A DNA stretch of 64,000 nucleotides from Thermoanaerobaculia bacterium (GCA_965116145.1 OZ220482.1:1800850-1864849), one strand, 5' to 3'. Counted from the stretch's first letter, positions 8,856 to 18,416 are shown. Notes: generated from the letters alone by a model not told the origin. Numbers and translations are program-made.

Positions 8856-10772
8856 ATGCGCATAGACCGCATCGAGATCAAGAACTTCCGGTCGATCCGG
8901 AATCTGACCGTCGACCTCGGCGACACGACCGTCTTCGTCGGCCCGAACAACGCTGGCAAGACAGCAATCCTCGAAGCCCTCCGCATCGCGCTCACGCGTC
9001 GCTGGGGCCAGCGCGGCACCGGCTTCAGCGAGTACGACATCCACATGGCCGACGAGGAAGCCGACCCCAGGACGTCGAGCGGCGTCAGCATCGAGCTGAC
9101 ATCGGAGGAACAGACCTCCGGCGAGTGGCCCGACGCCATCGTCGAGGACCTGGGCGACATCGTGCAGTTGGACCTGGACACCGGCCGGCGTTCCATCTCC
9201 CTGCGAGTACGGTACAGATGGGACGCGGACACGGACAGCTTCGAGCCGAGCTGGGAGTTCCTCACCGCCGACCGGAAGCCGATGATAGGCCACAGCGCTC
9301 GCCGGCTCAATCTAGAAGGGCTCTGGCGCTATCTGCCGGTGTTCTACCTCGGGGCGTTGCGCGACGCGGGGGACGAGTTCTCGGCGCGCTCGTCCCAGTT
9401 CTGGACCCGGTTGCTCAAGGACCTGAACATCCCACCGGAGATCGAGGCCCGAGCACTGCGGGTACTGGACCTGCTCAATCGACGACTCCTGAAGGCCGAC
9501 CCACGCCTGACTGAGATTGCAGAGACCCTGTCCGGCGCGACCAATGTCGCGGCCCGCGACCGGGAAGGCGGTCTCGACCTGAGGATGGTGCCGCTCAAGA
9601 CCTGGGACCTGATGTCGCGGGCCGAGATCATCCTGCGCAACGAGCAAGATGCACCGTGGCTCCCGCTGAGGCGCCAGGGGCAGGGAATCCAGAGCCTCTC
9701 GGTCATCTTCCTGTTCCGGGCGTTCGTGGACCACCTGCTTGCTGAGATCTATGGACAGGACAGCGAGCCGGTGCTGGCCCTGGAGGAACCGGAGACGCAT
9801 CTGCACCCGCAGGCCGTGCGCACACTCTGGCAGGAAGTCGACACCCTACCGGGCCAGAAGATCGTCACCACACACTCGCCGTACTTCGTTCAGCACGTTC
9901 CGTTCCGCGATCTGCGCCTGGTCCGCCTGACCGCGAACGGGACCGAAGTGTGCTCACTTCCGGCCAGCTTCTCCGAGCACTTCTCGCCGTCGGACGACCT
10001 TGACGCCGCAGTGGCGAACTCGAGCGGCCTGCTGACCTACGAGCGCGCATCGGAAACGCTGACGGTTCACGGCCTGCTGAAAGAAGATCTCTACCGGACG
10101 CTGCTCGAATGCCGTGTGCATGCCGAGAACCGTTCCGATCTCGAGTCGCGGCTTCGCGATCTGAAGGACCGCTCGTCCCTGTACGTGACCGATGAAGACC
10201 TGCAGGCTCTCGAAACCCAGGCCCGGAGGATGCGCGGGGAGATCTTCTTCGCGGAGCGTTGGCTGATCGTCGAAGGGCAGGCCGACTACCTGCTCGTGCA
10301 TGCCATCGCACATGCTCTGGACTACGACCTTGACCGCCACGGCGTCTCCGTCATCGACGCCCAGAACAACGGCAACCCAGCTACGTTCGCTGTGCTGGCG
10401 AGGGCGCTGGACATACCCTGGCTCGCAGTGTTCGACGGCGACGACGCAGGCACGAGGTTCATTCAGCGCATCGCGAAACGCGGCTTTCGCGGCGACAAAT
10501 CGGTCTCACGTTGTCGCCGCCACCCGGACGGCGACCTCGAGGCGCAGCTTGTTGCAGACGGCCTCGGACCGGAGCTGCGCGAGGTGTTGTCGGCGCTGGA
10601 CGTCCACGACGCGCATGAACTGGACGACGATCGCCTCGCCGCCTGTCTGCGGAAGAACAAGACGGCCTACGCGGCAGAACTCACAAGACGTCTTCGTGGC
10701 GACAGGGAGCTGGCCCAGCGAGCACCCGAGGCGTTCCGCACTGCGATCAACGACCTGCCGGGACTGGAGTGA
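8856..10772 (+). CDS. gajA: OLD-family ATP-dependent endonuclease (ABC-type ATPase + TOPRIM), GajA-like
   Basis: N-terminus MRIDRIEIKNFRSI...FVGPNNAGKTAILEAL (Walker A). LALEEPETHLHPQ (Walker B/D-loop). C-terminal TOPRIM WLIVEGQADY...VFDGDDAG. The stop overlaps the next start (TGATG). Confidence 0.8.
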   Translation: MRIDRIEIKNFRSIRNLTVDLGDTTVFVGPNNAGKTAILEALRIALTRRWGQRGTGFSEYDIHMADEEADPRTSSGVSIELTSEEQTSGEWPDAIVEDLGDIVQLDLDTGRRSISLRVRYRWDADTDSFEPSWEFLTADRKPMIGHSARRLNLEGLWRYLPVFYLGALRDAGDEFSARSSQFWTRLLKDLNIPPEIEARALRVLDLLNRRLLKADPRLTEIAETLSGATNVAARDREGGLDLRMVPLKTWDLMSRAEIILRNEQDAPWLPLRRQGQGIQSLSVIFLFRAFVDHLLAEIYGQDSEPVLALEEPETHLHPQAVRTLWQEVDTLPGQKIVTTHSPYFVQHVPFRDLRLVRLTANGTEVCSLPASFSEHFSPSDDLDAAVANSSGLLTYERASETLTVHGLLKEDLYRTLLECRVHAENRSDLESRLRDLKDRSSLYVTDEDLQALETQARRMRGEIFFAERWLIVEGQADYLLVHAIAHALDYDLDRHGVSVIDAQNNGNPATFAVLARALDIPWLAVFDGDDAGTRFIQRIAKRGFRGDKSVSRCRRHPDGDLEAQLVADGLGPELREVLSALDVHDAHELDDDRLAACLRKNKTAYAAELTRRLRGDRELAQRAPEAFRTAINDLPGLE

Positions 10773-12700
10773 TGGCGAACCCCCTGGAACGGACACTGCA
10801 AGGGCTCAGGTGCATGCAGAAGATAGCCGTCAGGTGGGACAAGGGGCCCCTTCTGGTGCTGGCCGGCCCGGGCGCGGGAAAGACGCGGGTGTTGACCCGA
10901 CGGATCGCTCGTTTGCTCCTGGAGTCCCCGGAACAGCGGTTCCGTGTACTCGGGTTGACGTTCACGAACAAGGCGGCTCACGAGATGAAGAACCGGGTTG
11001 CCGCGCTGGTTCCCGATGCCGTGGATCGAGCCGAGATCAACACGTTCCACGGGTTCTGCGCCCAGATTCTGCGCCAGCACGGAGTCCACATCGGAGTCAG
11101 ACCGGACTTCGAGATCTACTCGCGGACCGCCGACCGCAAGGCAGTACTGGCAGACGCCCTCCGGCGTGCCGGACGTCGTTTCGGTGATGACGACAGTCAG
11201 CTCCTGTGCGGCATCGACAGACTGAAGGACGCCTTGATCGGTCCGGAGCAGGCAAGACCGTACCTGCAGGACCGTGGCGACATGGCGCCCGAGGCTGTCG
11301 AGCGGATCGGACTTGCCTACCGTCTGTACGAAGAAGAACTACGTCGGGCCAACGCTCTGGATTTCCGTTCCCTGATTCGCTTGACAGTCGAGCTCACCGG
11401 TCACTCAGCACTTGCTCACCACCTCCGTACGATGTACCGGCACTGGCTGGTTGACGAGTTTCAGGACACGAACGGCGCTCAGTACGAGCTGCTCCGGCGC
11501 ATGGCAGGCGACAACTTCCGGCAGTTGTTCGCCGTCGCTGACGACGATCAGATCATCTACGAATGGAACGGTGCCAGCGTGCGCCGCATTCGTAGCCTGG
11601 TGGACGACTTCAAGTGCGAGGTCGTTCAGCTCACCGACAACTTCCGCTGTCCACCCAGCGTAGTGGAGGCCGCGAACCGTCTCGTCGTCTACAACGTTCG
11701 GCGGACCACCGCCAAGGCGGCCGCCGAGTCCGTCGCTGAACGATCAGAGGGCAACGAAGAGATCGACTACCGAGTGTTTCCCGACGATGAAGACGAGGTC
11801 GCGTGCACTGCGGCCGAGATTGCCGGCCTCGAAGCCTCGGAGCGCGAGGAGACGGCAGTGCTCGCACGAAGCCGCGCGCTTCTTGAGACTGTGCGGGCAG
11901 GATTGCAGGCGTTGAGTGTGCCCGCGGCGCTGCTGGCGCGGCGCGACGATTTCGCATCGCCACAGGTGCGCTGGCTCGTCGCCTTCCTGAAGCAGATCAA
12001 TCGGCCACTCGACCGACGCAACATGTCAACGCTGATCGGCGCCTTCTCGCGCTTCTCCGATGTCTCTCCAGAACCCGAGGAAGTGGCCGCGCGGTCGGAA
12101 ACGAACCAGATCACGCTGCTCGCCGCCTGGCTGGACGTGGTGCGGCTAGCGGCGCCCTCGACGCTGCCGGTGGTCGAAGCGGCGGCCTGCCTCACGACGG
12201 GGGCCGTTCGCCTGTCGGATGCTCTCAACAACGTCATGGCGTGCTTCAGTGAATGTGCGGACGACGATCTGAAGGACGACATGGCCGCCTGGCGCCGGAT
12301 CGAGAACGAGATACGGCGCGGCCAGCGCACGATGCCGCTCGATCGGTTCCTTCAGGAGATGGAGCTGCGCTCCAAGGAGCCGCCCTCGGCGCCGGGCGCA
12401 GTCTCCCTGAGCACGATTCACGGCGCCAAGGGTCTCGAATTCGACAGGGTCTATCTGATCGGTCTTGCCGAGGAAGTGCTGCCCTCCTGGCACAGCATCA
12501 CCGGCGGCAACGGAGGCGCCGCGATCGAGGAAGAGCGCCGCAGTTGCTTTGTCGCCATCACCCGAACCAGGCAACGGCTGGTCCTGTCGAGAGCGGAGCG
12601 GTACAAGGGGAGGCCGAAGACGCCGTCGCGCTTCCTCCGGGAAATGGGACTGACCGACAATCCCGTCTGCGACGTGCCGGGACGCGAGAGGTTGGCTTGA
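10772..12700 (+). CDS. gajB: UvrD/PcrA/Rep-type SF1 helicase, GajB-like (copy 1)
   Basis: ATG at 10772 (a GTG at 10769 is an alternative) overlaps the OLD stop. SF1 motifs: VLAGPGAGKTRV, LGLTFTNKAAHEM, WLVDEFQDTN, FAVADDDQIIYEWNGA, DNFRCPP, STIHGAKGLEFDRVYL and EEERRSCFVAITRTRQRL. Confidence 0.85.
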   Translation: MANPLERTLQGLRCMQKIAVRWDKGPLLVLAGPGAGKTRVLTRRIARLLLESPEQRFRVLGLTFTNKAAHEMKNRVAALVPDAVDRAEINTFHGFCAQILRQHGVHIGVRPDFEIYSRTADRKAVLADALRRAGRRFGDDDSQLLCGIDRLKDALIGPEQARPYLQDRGDMAPEAVERIGLAYRLYEEELRRANALDFRSLIRLTVELTGHSALAHHLRTMYRHWLVDEFQDTNGAQYELLRRMAGDNFRQLFAVADDDQIIYEWNGASVRRIRSLVDDFKCEVVQLTDNFRCPPSVVEAANRLVVYNVRRTTAKAAAESVAERSEGNEEIDYRVFPDDEDEVACTAAEIAGLEASEREETAVLARSRALLETVRAGLQALSVPAALLARRDDFASPQVRWLVAFLKQINRPLDRRNMSTLIGAFSRFSDVSPEPEEVAARSETNQITLLAAWLDVVRLAAPSTLPVVEAAACLTTGAVRLSDALNNVMACFSECADDDLKDDMAAWRRIENEIRRGQRTMPLDRFLQEMELRSKEPPSAPGAVSLSTIHGAKGLEFDRVYLIGLAEEVLPSWHSITGGNGGAAIEEERRSCFVAITRTRQRLVLSRAERYKGRPKTPSRFLREMGLTDNPVCDVPGRERLA

Positions 12701-15519
12701 TGGCGAACGACCGGCGCCTGATCGAGGACTACCTTCCCCTTGACGCCCTCAACGCCATCGCGTCCAAGGAAAAACTGCATCCCCGCCGCTACGTCGCACT
12801 GGTCCACTACTGGCCGGCACGCCGCCCCATCACGGCCTGCCGAGCGGCGATCTACGCGGCGCTTGTGCGGGCCCCTGATGCCGACGATGCACGCGCCGAG
12901 GCCGCAGCCTTCGTCACCAGGCTCGCATCCTACGCACCCGATCCCGAGGTGGTCGCGAAGGCAGCGGCGGAACTCAGGGATCTGCACGATGGGCGGGCTC
13001 CGAAAGTGCTCGATCTGTTCGCCGGCGGAGGGGCGATCCCGCTCGAAGCAGCTCGCCTCGGTTGCGAGAGCCATGCCGTGGAGTACAACCCCGTCGCGCA
13101 CCTGATCGAGCTTTGTACGCTCGTCTATCCGCAGACGTTCGGCCCGCAACTGGCGGATGAATATCAGCAGTGGAGCGAGCTGATTCTGGACCGCATGCGC
13201 GCCGACATCGGAGACCTCTACGAGCCGATCGAGGTTCCTCCGACAGAGGAAATAGGGCGCCAGGATGAGCTCTTCGGAACCATGACCGACGCGACCGGAA
13301 CTCATGCCGATCCGGTGTCCTGGATCTGGGTCCGCACGGTGCCTTGCCGTCGCCCCGGGTGCGGAGCGCCCGTCCCCCTGGTCAGACAGTCATGGTTGCG
13401 AAAGAAGAACGGCGCGATTGCTGCCGTTCCGAGACTCGAAGATGGCAACCGTCTGTGCTGGGACATCGTATCCGGAACCACTGCCCGTGAGATATCCGAG
13501 AACACGGGCCAGACCGGTTCGGGACAGGCAGTCTGCCTCGCCTGCAGCACTCCGGCGCCTGCGGGCCACGTCAAGGAGATGGCGGTTGCCGGGCGAATGG
13601 AGGAATCGCTCTCCGCAATCGTGGCCGCGCTGCCGCCGAAGAAAGCAGGAGGAAAGAAACAGAGAAAGGTGTATCTGAGCGCCAACCCGACCCTGCTACC
13701 AGACGAAGATGCGTGCCGCCATCGGCTTGAAGCGCTACTTGTTGACCATGCCCGGCTTGAACCTCTACACGAGACGATGAACACGGCTGACCCAACGACT
13801 GTGGCTGGACGTGGCTACGGGATCGAACAATGGCACGAGCTGTTTACGCCGAGGCAGCTGCTCGTCCTCTTCACGCTCGTCAACCACATCCGCTGCGCTC
13901 ACGGAGAGATGCTCGAGCAAGACGTACCGGAAGACCGCGCGCGAGCGTTGATGACTTTCTTCGGGATGGCGTTCGGCCGCCTAGTAATTTCGTTCAACAG
14001 CTTCGCTAGGTGGAGGCCAGGCACTCAGGCGACGGAGGGCATCTTTGATCGGCAAGCCCTGAAAATGATATACGACTACTCTGAGATCAACCCCTTGGCT
14101 GATACACAAGGGTGTTTGCAACATTCATTTGATCGAGAAACGTTTTGCATTCGCGAGCTCGCCAAGATCAGGAATCCCTGTATCGTCCATCGTGGCAACG
14201 CCGAAAAGCTCTTCTACGAGGACGAGACGTTCGATGCGGTCATTACCGATCCGCCGTACTACAGCAGCGTCTACTACGCCGATCTGTCGGCGTTCTTCTA
14301 CGTCTGGCTGAAGCGGATCCTCGGCGATCTCTACCCAGAGCACTTCGCCCTTGCTCACCCGCCCAAACGGCGGGAGGCCGTGGCGCAGCCAAGCGAGCAC
14401 GACGGGAACGCAGAAAAGGCCAAGGAGCACTACGAACGTCTGATGCGCAACTCGCTGGCCGAAGCGCGGCGCGTCCTGAAGCCCGGCGCCCCGCTGGTCT
14501 GCGTCTATGCCCACCGGACCACGGAGGGATGGACGACCCTGATTCGCGCACTCGTCGAAGCGGGTATGACGGTCACTGAGGCCTGGCCCATGCAGACGGA
14601 GTCGCGCGGACGCGTCAACGCTCTCGGCGCCGCGGCGCTTTCCGACAGCATCTTCTTCGTCGCGCGCCGCCGCGAACAGACCACTGTCGGCCAGTACGAG
14701 ACCGACGTGTCTCCCCTGCTTCAGAGGATCGCCCGAGAGCGCGTGAAGACCCTCTGGAACAACGGCAAGGGGATCGGAGGCGCCGACCTGCTGATGGCCG
14801 CCGTCGGGGCAGGACTCCGGGCCTACACCCAGTTCGCTCGGGTGAACTACGCGAATGGTGAACGTGTCTCCGCCGAGGACTACCTCCGCGATGTCGAAGG
14901 CGCGGTGCTGGAGGTGATGCTTGACGAGATCTTCGATCTGCGCGGAGCGGCAGTCGCCGTCGTAGACCAGGTCACGCGCTTCTACATCCTGTGGAGGTTC
15001 ACCTACCAGGAGACGGCCATCGCAGCCGGCGACGCCTACGTCTTCTGCTATCCGCAGGGCATCGAGATCGATGGCCCCGAGGGCTTGGCGGGCAATGCCC
15101 CGAAGCTCGTCGAGAAGACGGGCAGCAAGAAGACGGGTAGCAAGTTCCGCGTCCGCAGTTTCTCGGAACGCGGCGAAGATGAAGCTCTGGGGCTCACTGC
15201 GAACGGCAAGGCGGCGCCGCTCATCGACGTGCTCCACCGGCTCCTCTACCTGCTGGAGGAACGGCCCGCGGCTGCCGGCGAGTACCTGAAGAATGCAAAC
15301 CCGAATACCGAACAGCTTCGTCTCGTGGCGCAGGCGCTTGCCAAGCCGGTCCTCTCTGGAGCAAGCGCCCAGAACGGCTCCCCGACCGCTGAACTCGGCG
15401 CGCTGGCTCGGCTGAACGCCAACTGGCGGGCGATCGTCGAGGGCGCCGCGTATGCGCGGGAGATCGAGTCTCTTGCGACCGGTGAGAGAGACCTGTTCAG
15501 CGGAGACCGACATCCATGA
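12700..15519 (+). CDS. DUF1156-type DNA methyltransferase (N6-adenine/N4-cytosine class) with zinc-ribbon insert
   Basis: Track ORF 12253..15519 trimmed to the ATG at 12700 (MANDRRLIEDYLPLDALN), which overlaps the upstream stop (TGATG). DUF1156 N-terminal signature LPLDALN..SKEK...HYWPARRP. SAM motif I VLDLFAGGGAIPLEA. Cys4 insert (CRRPGC...CLAC). Catalytic motif IV ITDPPYY. Confidence 0.8.
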   Translation: MANDRRLIEDYLPLDALNAIASKEKLHPRRYVALVHYWPARRPITACRAAIYAALVRAPDADDARAEAAAFVTRLASYAPDPEVVAKAAAELRDLHDGRAPKVLDLFAGGGAIPLEAARLGCESHAVEYNPVAHLIELCTLVYPQTFGPQLADEYQQWSELILDRMRADIGDLYEPIEVPPTEEIGRQDELFGTMTDATGTHADPVSWIWVRTVPCRRPGCGAPVPLVRQSWLRKKNGAIAAVPRLEDGNRLCWDIVSGTTAREISENTGQTGSGQAVCLACSTPAPAGHVKEMAVAGRMEESLSAIVAALPPKKAGGKKQRKVYLSANPTLLPDEDACRHRLEALLVDHARLEPLHETMNTADPTTVAGRGYGIEQWHELFTPRQLLVLFTLVNHIRCAHGEMLEQDVPEDRARALMTFFGMAFGRLVISFNSFARWRPGTQATEGIFDRQALKMIYDYSEINPLADTQGCLQHSFDRETFCIRELAKIRNPCIVHRGNAEKLFYEDETFDAVITDPPYYSSVYYADLSAFFYVWLKRILGDLYPEHFALAHPPKRREAVAQPSEHDGNAEKAKEHYERLMRNSLAEARRVLKPGAPLVCVYAHRTTEGWTTLIRALVEAGMTVTEAWPMQTESRGRVNALGAAALSDSIFFVARRREQTTVGQYETDVSPLLQRIARERVKTLWNNGKGIGGADLLMAAVGAGLRAYTQFARVNYANGERVSAEDYLRDVEGAVLEVMLDEIFDLRGAAVAVVDQVTRFYILWRFTYQETAIAAGDAYVFCYPQGIEIDGPEGLAGNAPKLVEKTGSKKTGSKFRVRSFSERGEDEALGLTANGKAAPLIDVLHRLLYLLEERPAAAGEYLKNANPNTEQLRLVAQALAKPVLSGASAQNGSPTAELGALARLNANWRAIVEGAAYAREIESLATGERDLFSGDRHP

Positions 15520-18416
15520 CACCCGATTGCCGTCCCTGGCTGCAGTGCGTCGATCTGCATCCCGACGTCCTCTCCGACGGTTTCTCCGAGGACATCTTCG
15601 CGCTCGACCTGGGCCCTCTGGCCGACTATCTGACCGCCAGGGACCTCGGATTGACGAAAGCTGAAGCAACGCGAGTACCCGCGGTCTACCGGGACGCAGG
15701 CAGTTTCTTCGCCGCGTCGTACCTGACCAACGGCATCAGATCCCTCCTCGAAGACGTCCTTGGCCGCCTTGCCGGAGCACAAGGGAATCGGGTTCTCAGG
15801 CTCCAGACACCGTTCGGCGGCGGCAAGTCCCACACTCTTGCCGCCCTGCTGCACGCCGCCCGGTCGCGCGCCGCGCTTGACGCGTTGCCGGAGGCGACCG
15901 GACTTCCGCGGCCCGAAGGGGTGCGGGTGGCCGTGGTGGACGGGCAGTTCTTCGACTCGACGAGCGGGAAGCGGATCCCGGACGGGGAGATCTCTGCAAG
16001 GACGCTCTGGGGCTGGATCGCCTGGTCCCTCGGGGGACAGGCCGGCTACGAACTGGTGCGCGCGCAGGACGAAGCCCGGGTCGCACCGGGAGGTGACGTG
16101 CTCATCGAACTGCTCAAGGGCGGACCGAGTCTCATCCTGCTCGATGAATTGCTGCAGTACCTCATCAGCGCCGGCGGAATCCGCGTTGAAGAGACGACCC
16201 TCCGCGACGAGACGCTGCTGTTTCTTCAGCGGTTGACAGTTGCGGTCGGAAGCGTCGACAGCGCGGCGATCGTTCTTTCCCTTCAATCCAGCAAGCGCGA
16301 ATCCCTCGAGTACACGAGCCTGTTGCAGAAAGTCGAGCACCTTGCTGCTCGCAAGGATCAGCGACGAGAGCCGGTCGAAGGAAACGAAGTCCTCAACGTC
16401 ATCCAGCGCCGGCTGCTCGCCCGAAGGCCCGACGCGAGTGTCGCCGCAGCGGCGGCGGAAGCCTGTGGTCGGGTGTTCGCCCAGATGCGCCGCGCCTACG
16501 CGAACGGAGATGGAGAGCAGCGGCAAGCCGAGGAAGACGGACAGGCCCTGCGCAAGCGGATCATCGCGGCCTACCCATTCCATCCGGCGCTCGTCGACCT
16601 GATGCGCGAACGCTGGGCCGCCATCCCCGAGTTCCAGCGCACACGCGGTGCACTGCGCTTCCTAGCTTCGTGCCTGCGCACTGCCCACTCGGCAGGCTCC
16701 TCCCGCCCGCTGCTCGGACCGGGTGACGTTCCCATCCACGACGCCGCCGTCCGGCTCGCGTTCTTCAAGGAGGTCGGTCAGCGCGAGGACTTCCTGGCTT
16801 GCCTGGAACACGACTTCATCGGCGCCAACGCGCGAACGCGCCGCATCGACGACCGGCGCGCGCGCGAAGTGACGACGGAAGCAGGCAAGCAGCCGGCCAC
16901 CCGCCTCGCCACGGCGATGCTGCTCTATTCGTTCGGCGGCCTCCGGCGCGGTGAAGGTGACCAGGGCGAGCTCCTTCCACCAGGAATCGGCGAGCCGGAG
17001 CTGCTGGCCGCGAGCATAGGACCGGACCTTGACACGACCACCATTCAGGCGTGCCTCAAGGACCTCAGGGAACAGTGTCTGTACCTGCACTTCGACGGCG
17101 TGCGCTACTGCTTCAAGAAGGACCCCAACGTCACGCTGCTCGTCGAACAGGAGGCCGAAACGGTCGGTCGCGACGACGGCAGCATCACGGCTCGCATCCG
17201 ACAGATGATCGAGGAGCGGCTGGCCGGGCAGTCCGCCATCGTCTGGCCCACCAGACCGGGCGACGTGCCGGACCGGGAACCGCAGTTTCTCCTCGCGTAT
17301 CTGCCGCTCGAGTTCGCCGCTCAACCCGCCTCGACGCAGCAACGCAAGGCGCTGGCGATCTGCGAGCAGTACGGGAACCGTCAGCGCGAGTTCCGCAACG
17401 GCCTGGGGTTGGCTGTCCCATCGGCCGATCAGGTCGAGATCCTGCGTCGCGGTGTACGCTACCTCCTCGCCGTCGAGCGGATTCGGGCCAAGTGGCGCGA
17501 GCACAATCTGACGGATGCGCAACGAAGCCAGCTTCGGGAGCGTCTCTCCACCGAGAAGACGGCAACCGAGTCCGCCTTGCTCAAGCTCTACGGCGAGGTC
17601 CAGCTGCCCATCTCCCGCAACGGGAAGCTGACGCTGGATAAGGTCAGCATCGGCGGCCGCCCGCTCCAGACGACGCTCGACGGCAAGAAGCAGGCCCTTA
17701 TCCAGCAGCGTCTGACGGAGCTGCTAACCACGGTCCAGAAACGGGTCTTCGGATCGCTCGCTCCAGGCAAGATCGTCGAGCTGTTCGGGCTTGGCGATCC
17801 GGGAGAACATGCTGCCGGCGTCGCCACGGCCGATGTCCTGAAGGGCTTCTACGAGTTCCTCGGACTTCCCCGCCTGCTCTCGACCGAGGCCGTGCGCCGG
17901 GCGGTAGCGCGCGGAGTGGAAACGGGTCTCTTCGGCTACACAACCGGGCGGCCGCAACTCGGAGACGACGGGCGCTATCTGGTTGACCGGAGCCGCGTCA
18001 CATTCGAACGCCGCGTGGCTGAAGACGAGATCGACCTGGACACGGGTCTGCTGATTGCCCCTACGGCTGTTCCCGAAGAAGCACCGGCGACCGGCAACGA
18101 AATGAACCGCGAGGCTCAGGGCAAGGAGGACACAGGATACCTGGCAGAGGGCGGCGGCCCGGGCGAGTGCAGCTTCACCGAGGAAGGATCGCGCCTGGCG
18201 CCCTCCACCGGCGACCATCGCCGAATCGACGTTTCCTTCGTCGCAGACAAGGGGCGCTTCTACGAGGCCTGGAACGCGCTGGCCAATCTTGCGGAAGCCG
18301 CGGGCACCATTGCCATCAGTGCTTCGGCAACGGCCCCTGAGGGCTACAGCCAGGCCAAACTGGAGAACGGTGTGTTCGAGCCGCTGCGAGAGCTCGGGCT
18401 CCTCAAGGACGATTGA
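15516..18416 (+). CDS. DUF499-type P-loop ATPase
   Basis: The ATG at 15516 overlaps the methylase stop (ATGA). N-terminal CVDLHPDVL...IFALDL...YRDAGSFFAASYLTNG, P-loop TPFGGGKSHTL and Walker B LILLDELLQY match the ATPases that accompany DUF1156 methylases. Confidence 0.75.
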   Translation: MTPDCRPWLQCVDLHPDVLSDGFSEDIFALDLGPLADYLTARDLGLTKAEATRVPAVYRDAGSFFAASYLTNGIRSLLEDVLGRLAGAQGNRVLRLQTPFGGGKSHTLAALLHAARSRAALDALPEATGLPRPEGVRVAVVDGQFFDSTSGKRIPDGEISARTLWGWIAWSLGGQAGYELVRAQDEARVAPGGDVLIELLKGGPSLILLDELLQYLISAGGIRVEETTLRDETLLFLQRLTVAVGSVDSAAIVLSLQSSKRESLEYTSLLQKVEHLAARKDQRREPVEGNEVLNVIQRRLLARRPDASVAAAAAEACGRVFAQMRRAYANGDGEQRQAEEDGQALRKRIIAAYPFHPALVDLMRERWAAIPEFQRTRGALRFLASCLRTAHSAGSSRPLLGPGDVPIHDAAVRLAFFKEVGQREDFLACLEHDFIGANARTRRIDDRRAREVTTEAGKQPATRLATAMLLYSFGGLRRGEGDQGELLPPGIGEPELLAASIGPDLDTTTIQACLKDLREQCLYLHFDGVRYCFKKDPNVTLLVEQEAETVGRDDGSITARIRQMIEERLAGQSAIVWPTRPGDVPDREPQFLLAYLPLEFAAQPASTQQRKALAICEQYGNRQREFRNGLGLAVPSADQVEILRRGVRYLLAVERIRAKWREHNLTDAQRSQLRERLSTEKTATESALLKLYGEVQLPISRNGKLTLDKVSIGGRPLQTTLDGKKQALIQQRLTELLTTVQKRVFGSLAPGKIVELFGLGDPGEHAAGVATADVLKGFYEFLGLPRLLSTEAVRRAVARGVETGLFGYTTGRPQLGDDGRYLVDRSRVTFERRVAEDEIDLDTGLLIAPTAVPEEAPATGNEMNREAQGKEDTGYLAEGGGPGECSFTEEGSRLAPSTGDHRRIDVSFVADKGRFYEAWNALANLAEAAGTIAISASATAPEGYSQAKLENGVFEPLRELGLLKDD

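Noticed and set aside
6548-9310. 920-aa ORF on the minus strand overlapping the SNF2-DUF3883 and OLD genes. Similar long ORFs occur at 370..2223, 14125..15669, 20577..22034, 22007..23488, 29693..31789, 34889..37255, 36900..39251, 41572..43458, 42102..43760, 53084..55348, 59214..60737 and 62016..63380.
   Set aside because: These are antisense or out-of-frame shadow ORFs, which are expected in high-GC DNA. Their translations are Arg/Gly/Pro/Ala-rich with no recognisable motifs. Each is fully covered by an ORF with clear family signatures.
12253-12699. N-terminal extension of the methylase ORF in the track (start at 12253). Similar upstream extensions exist for ilvN (23095), ilvC (23847), leuA (25211), leuD (28215), the M20 peptidase (55971), the SDR (56473), the ECF sigma (43725) and the S8 peptidase (63542).
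   Set aside because: The extensions overlap the preceding gene in another frame and have shadow-ORF composition. Family homology begins at the internal start codons, which also give compact or overlapping operon junctions.
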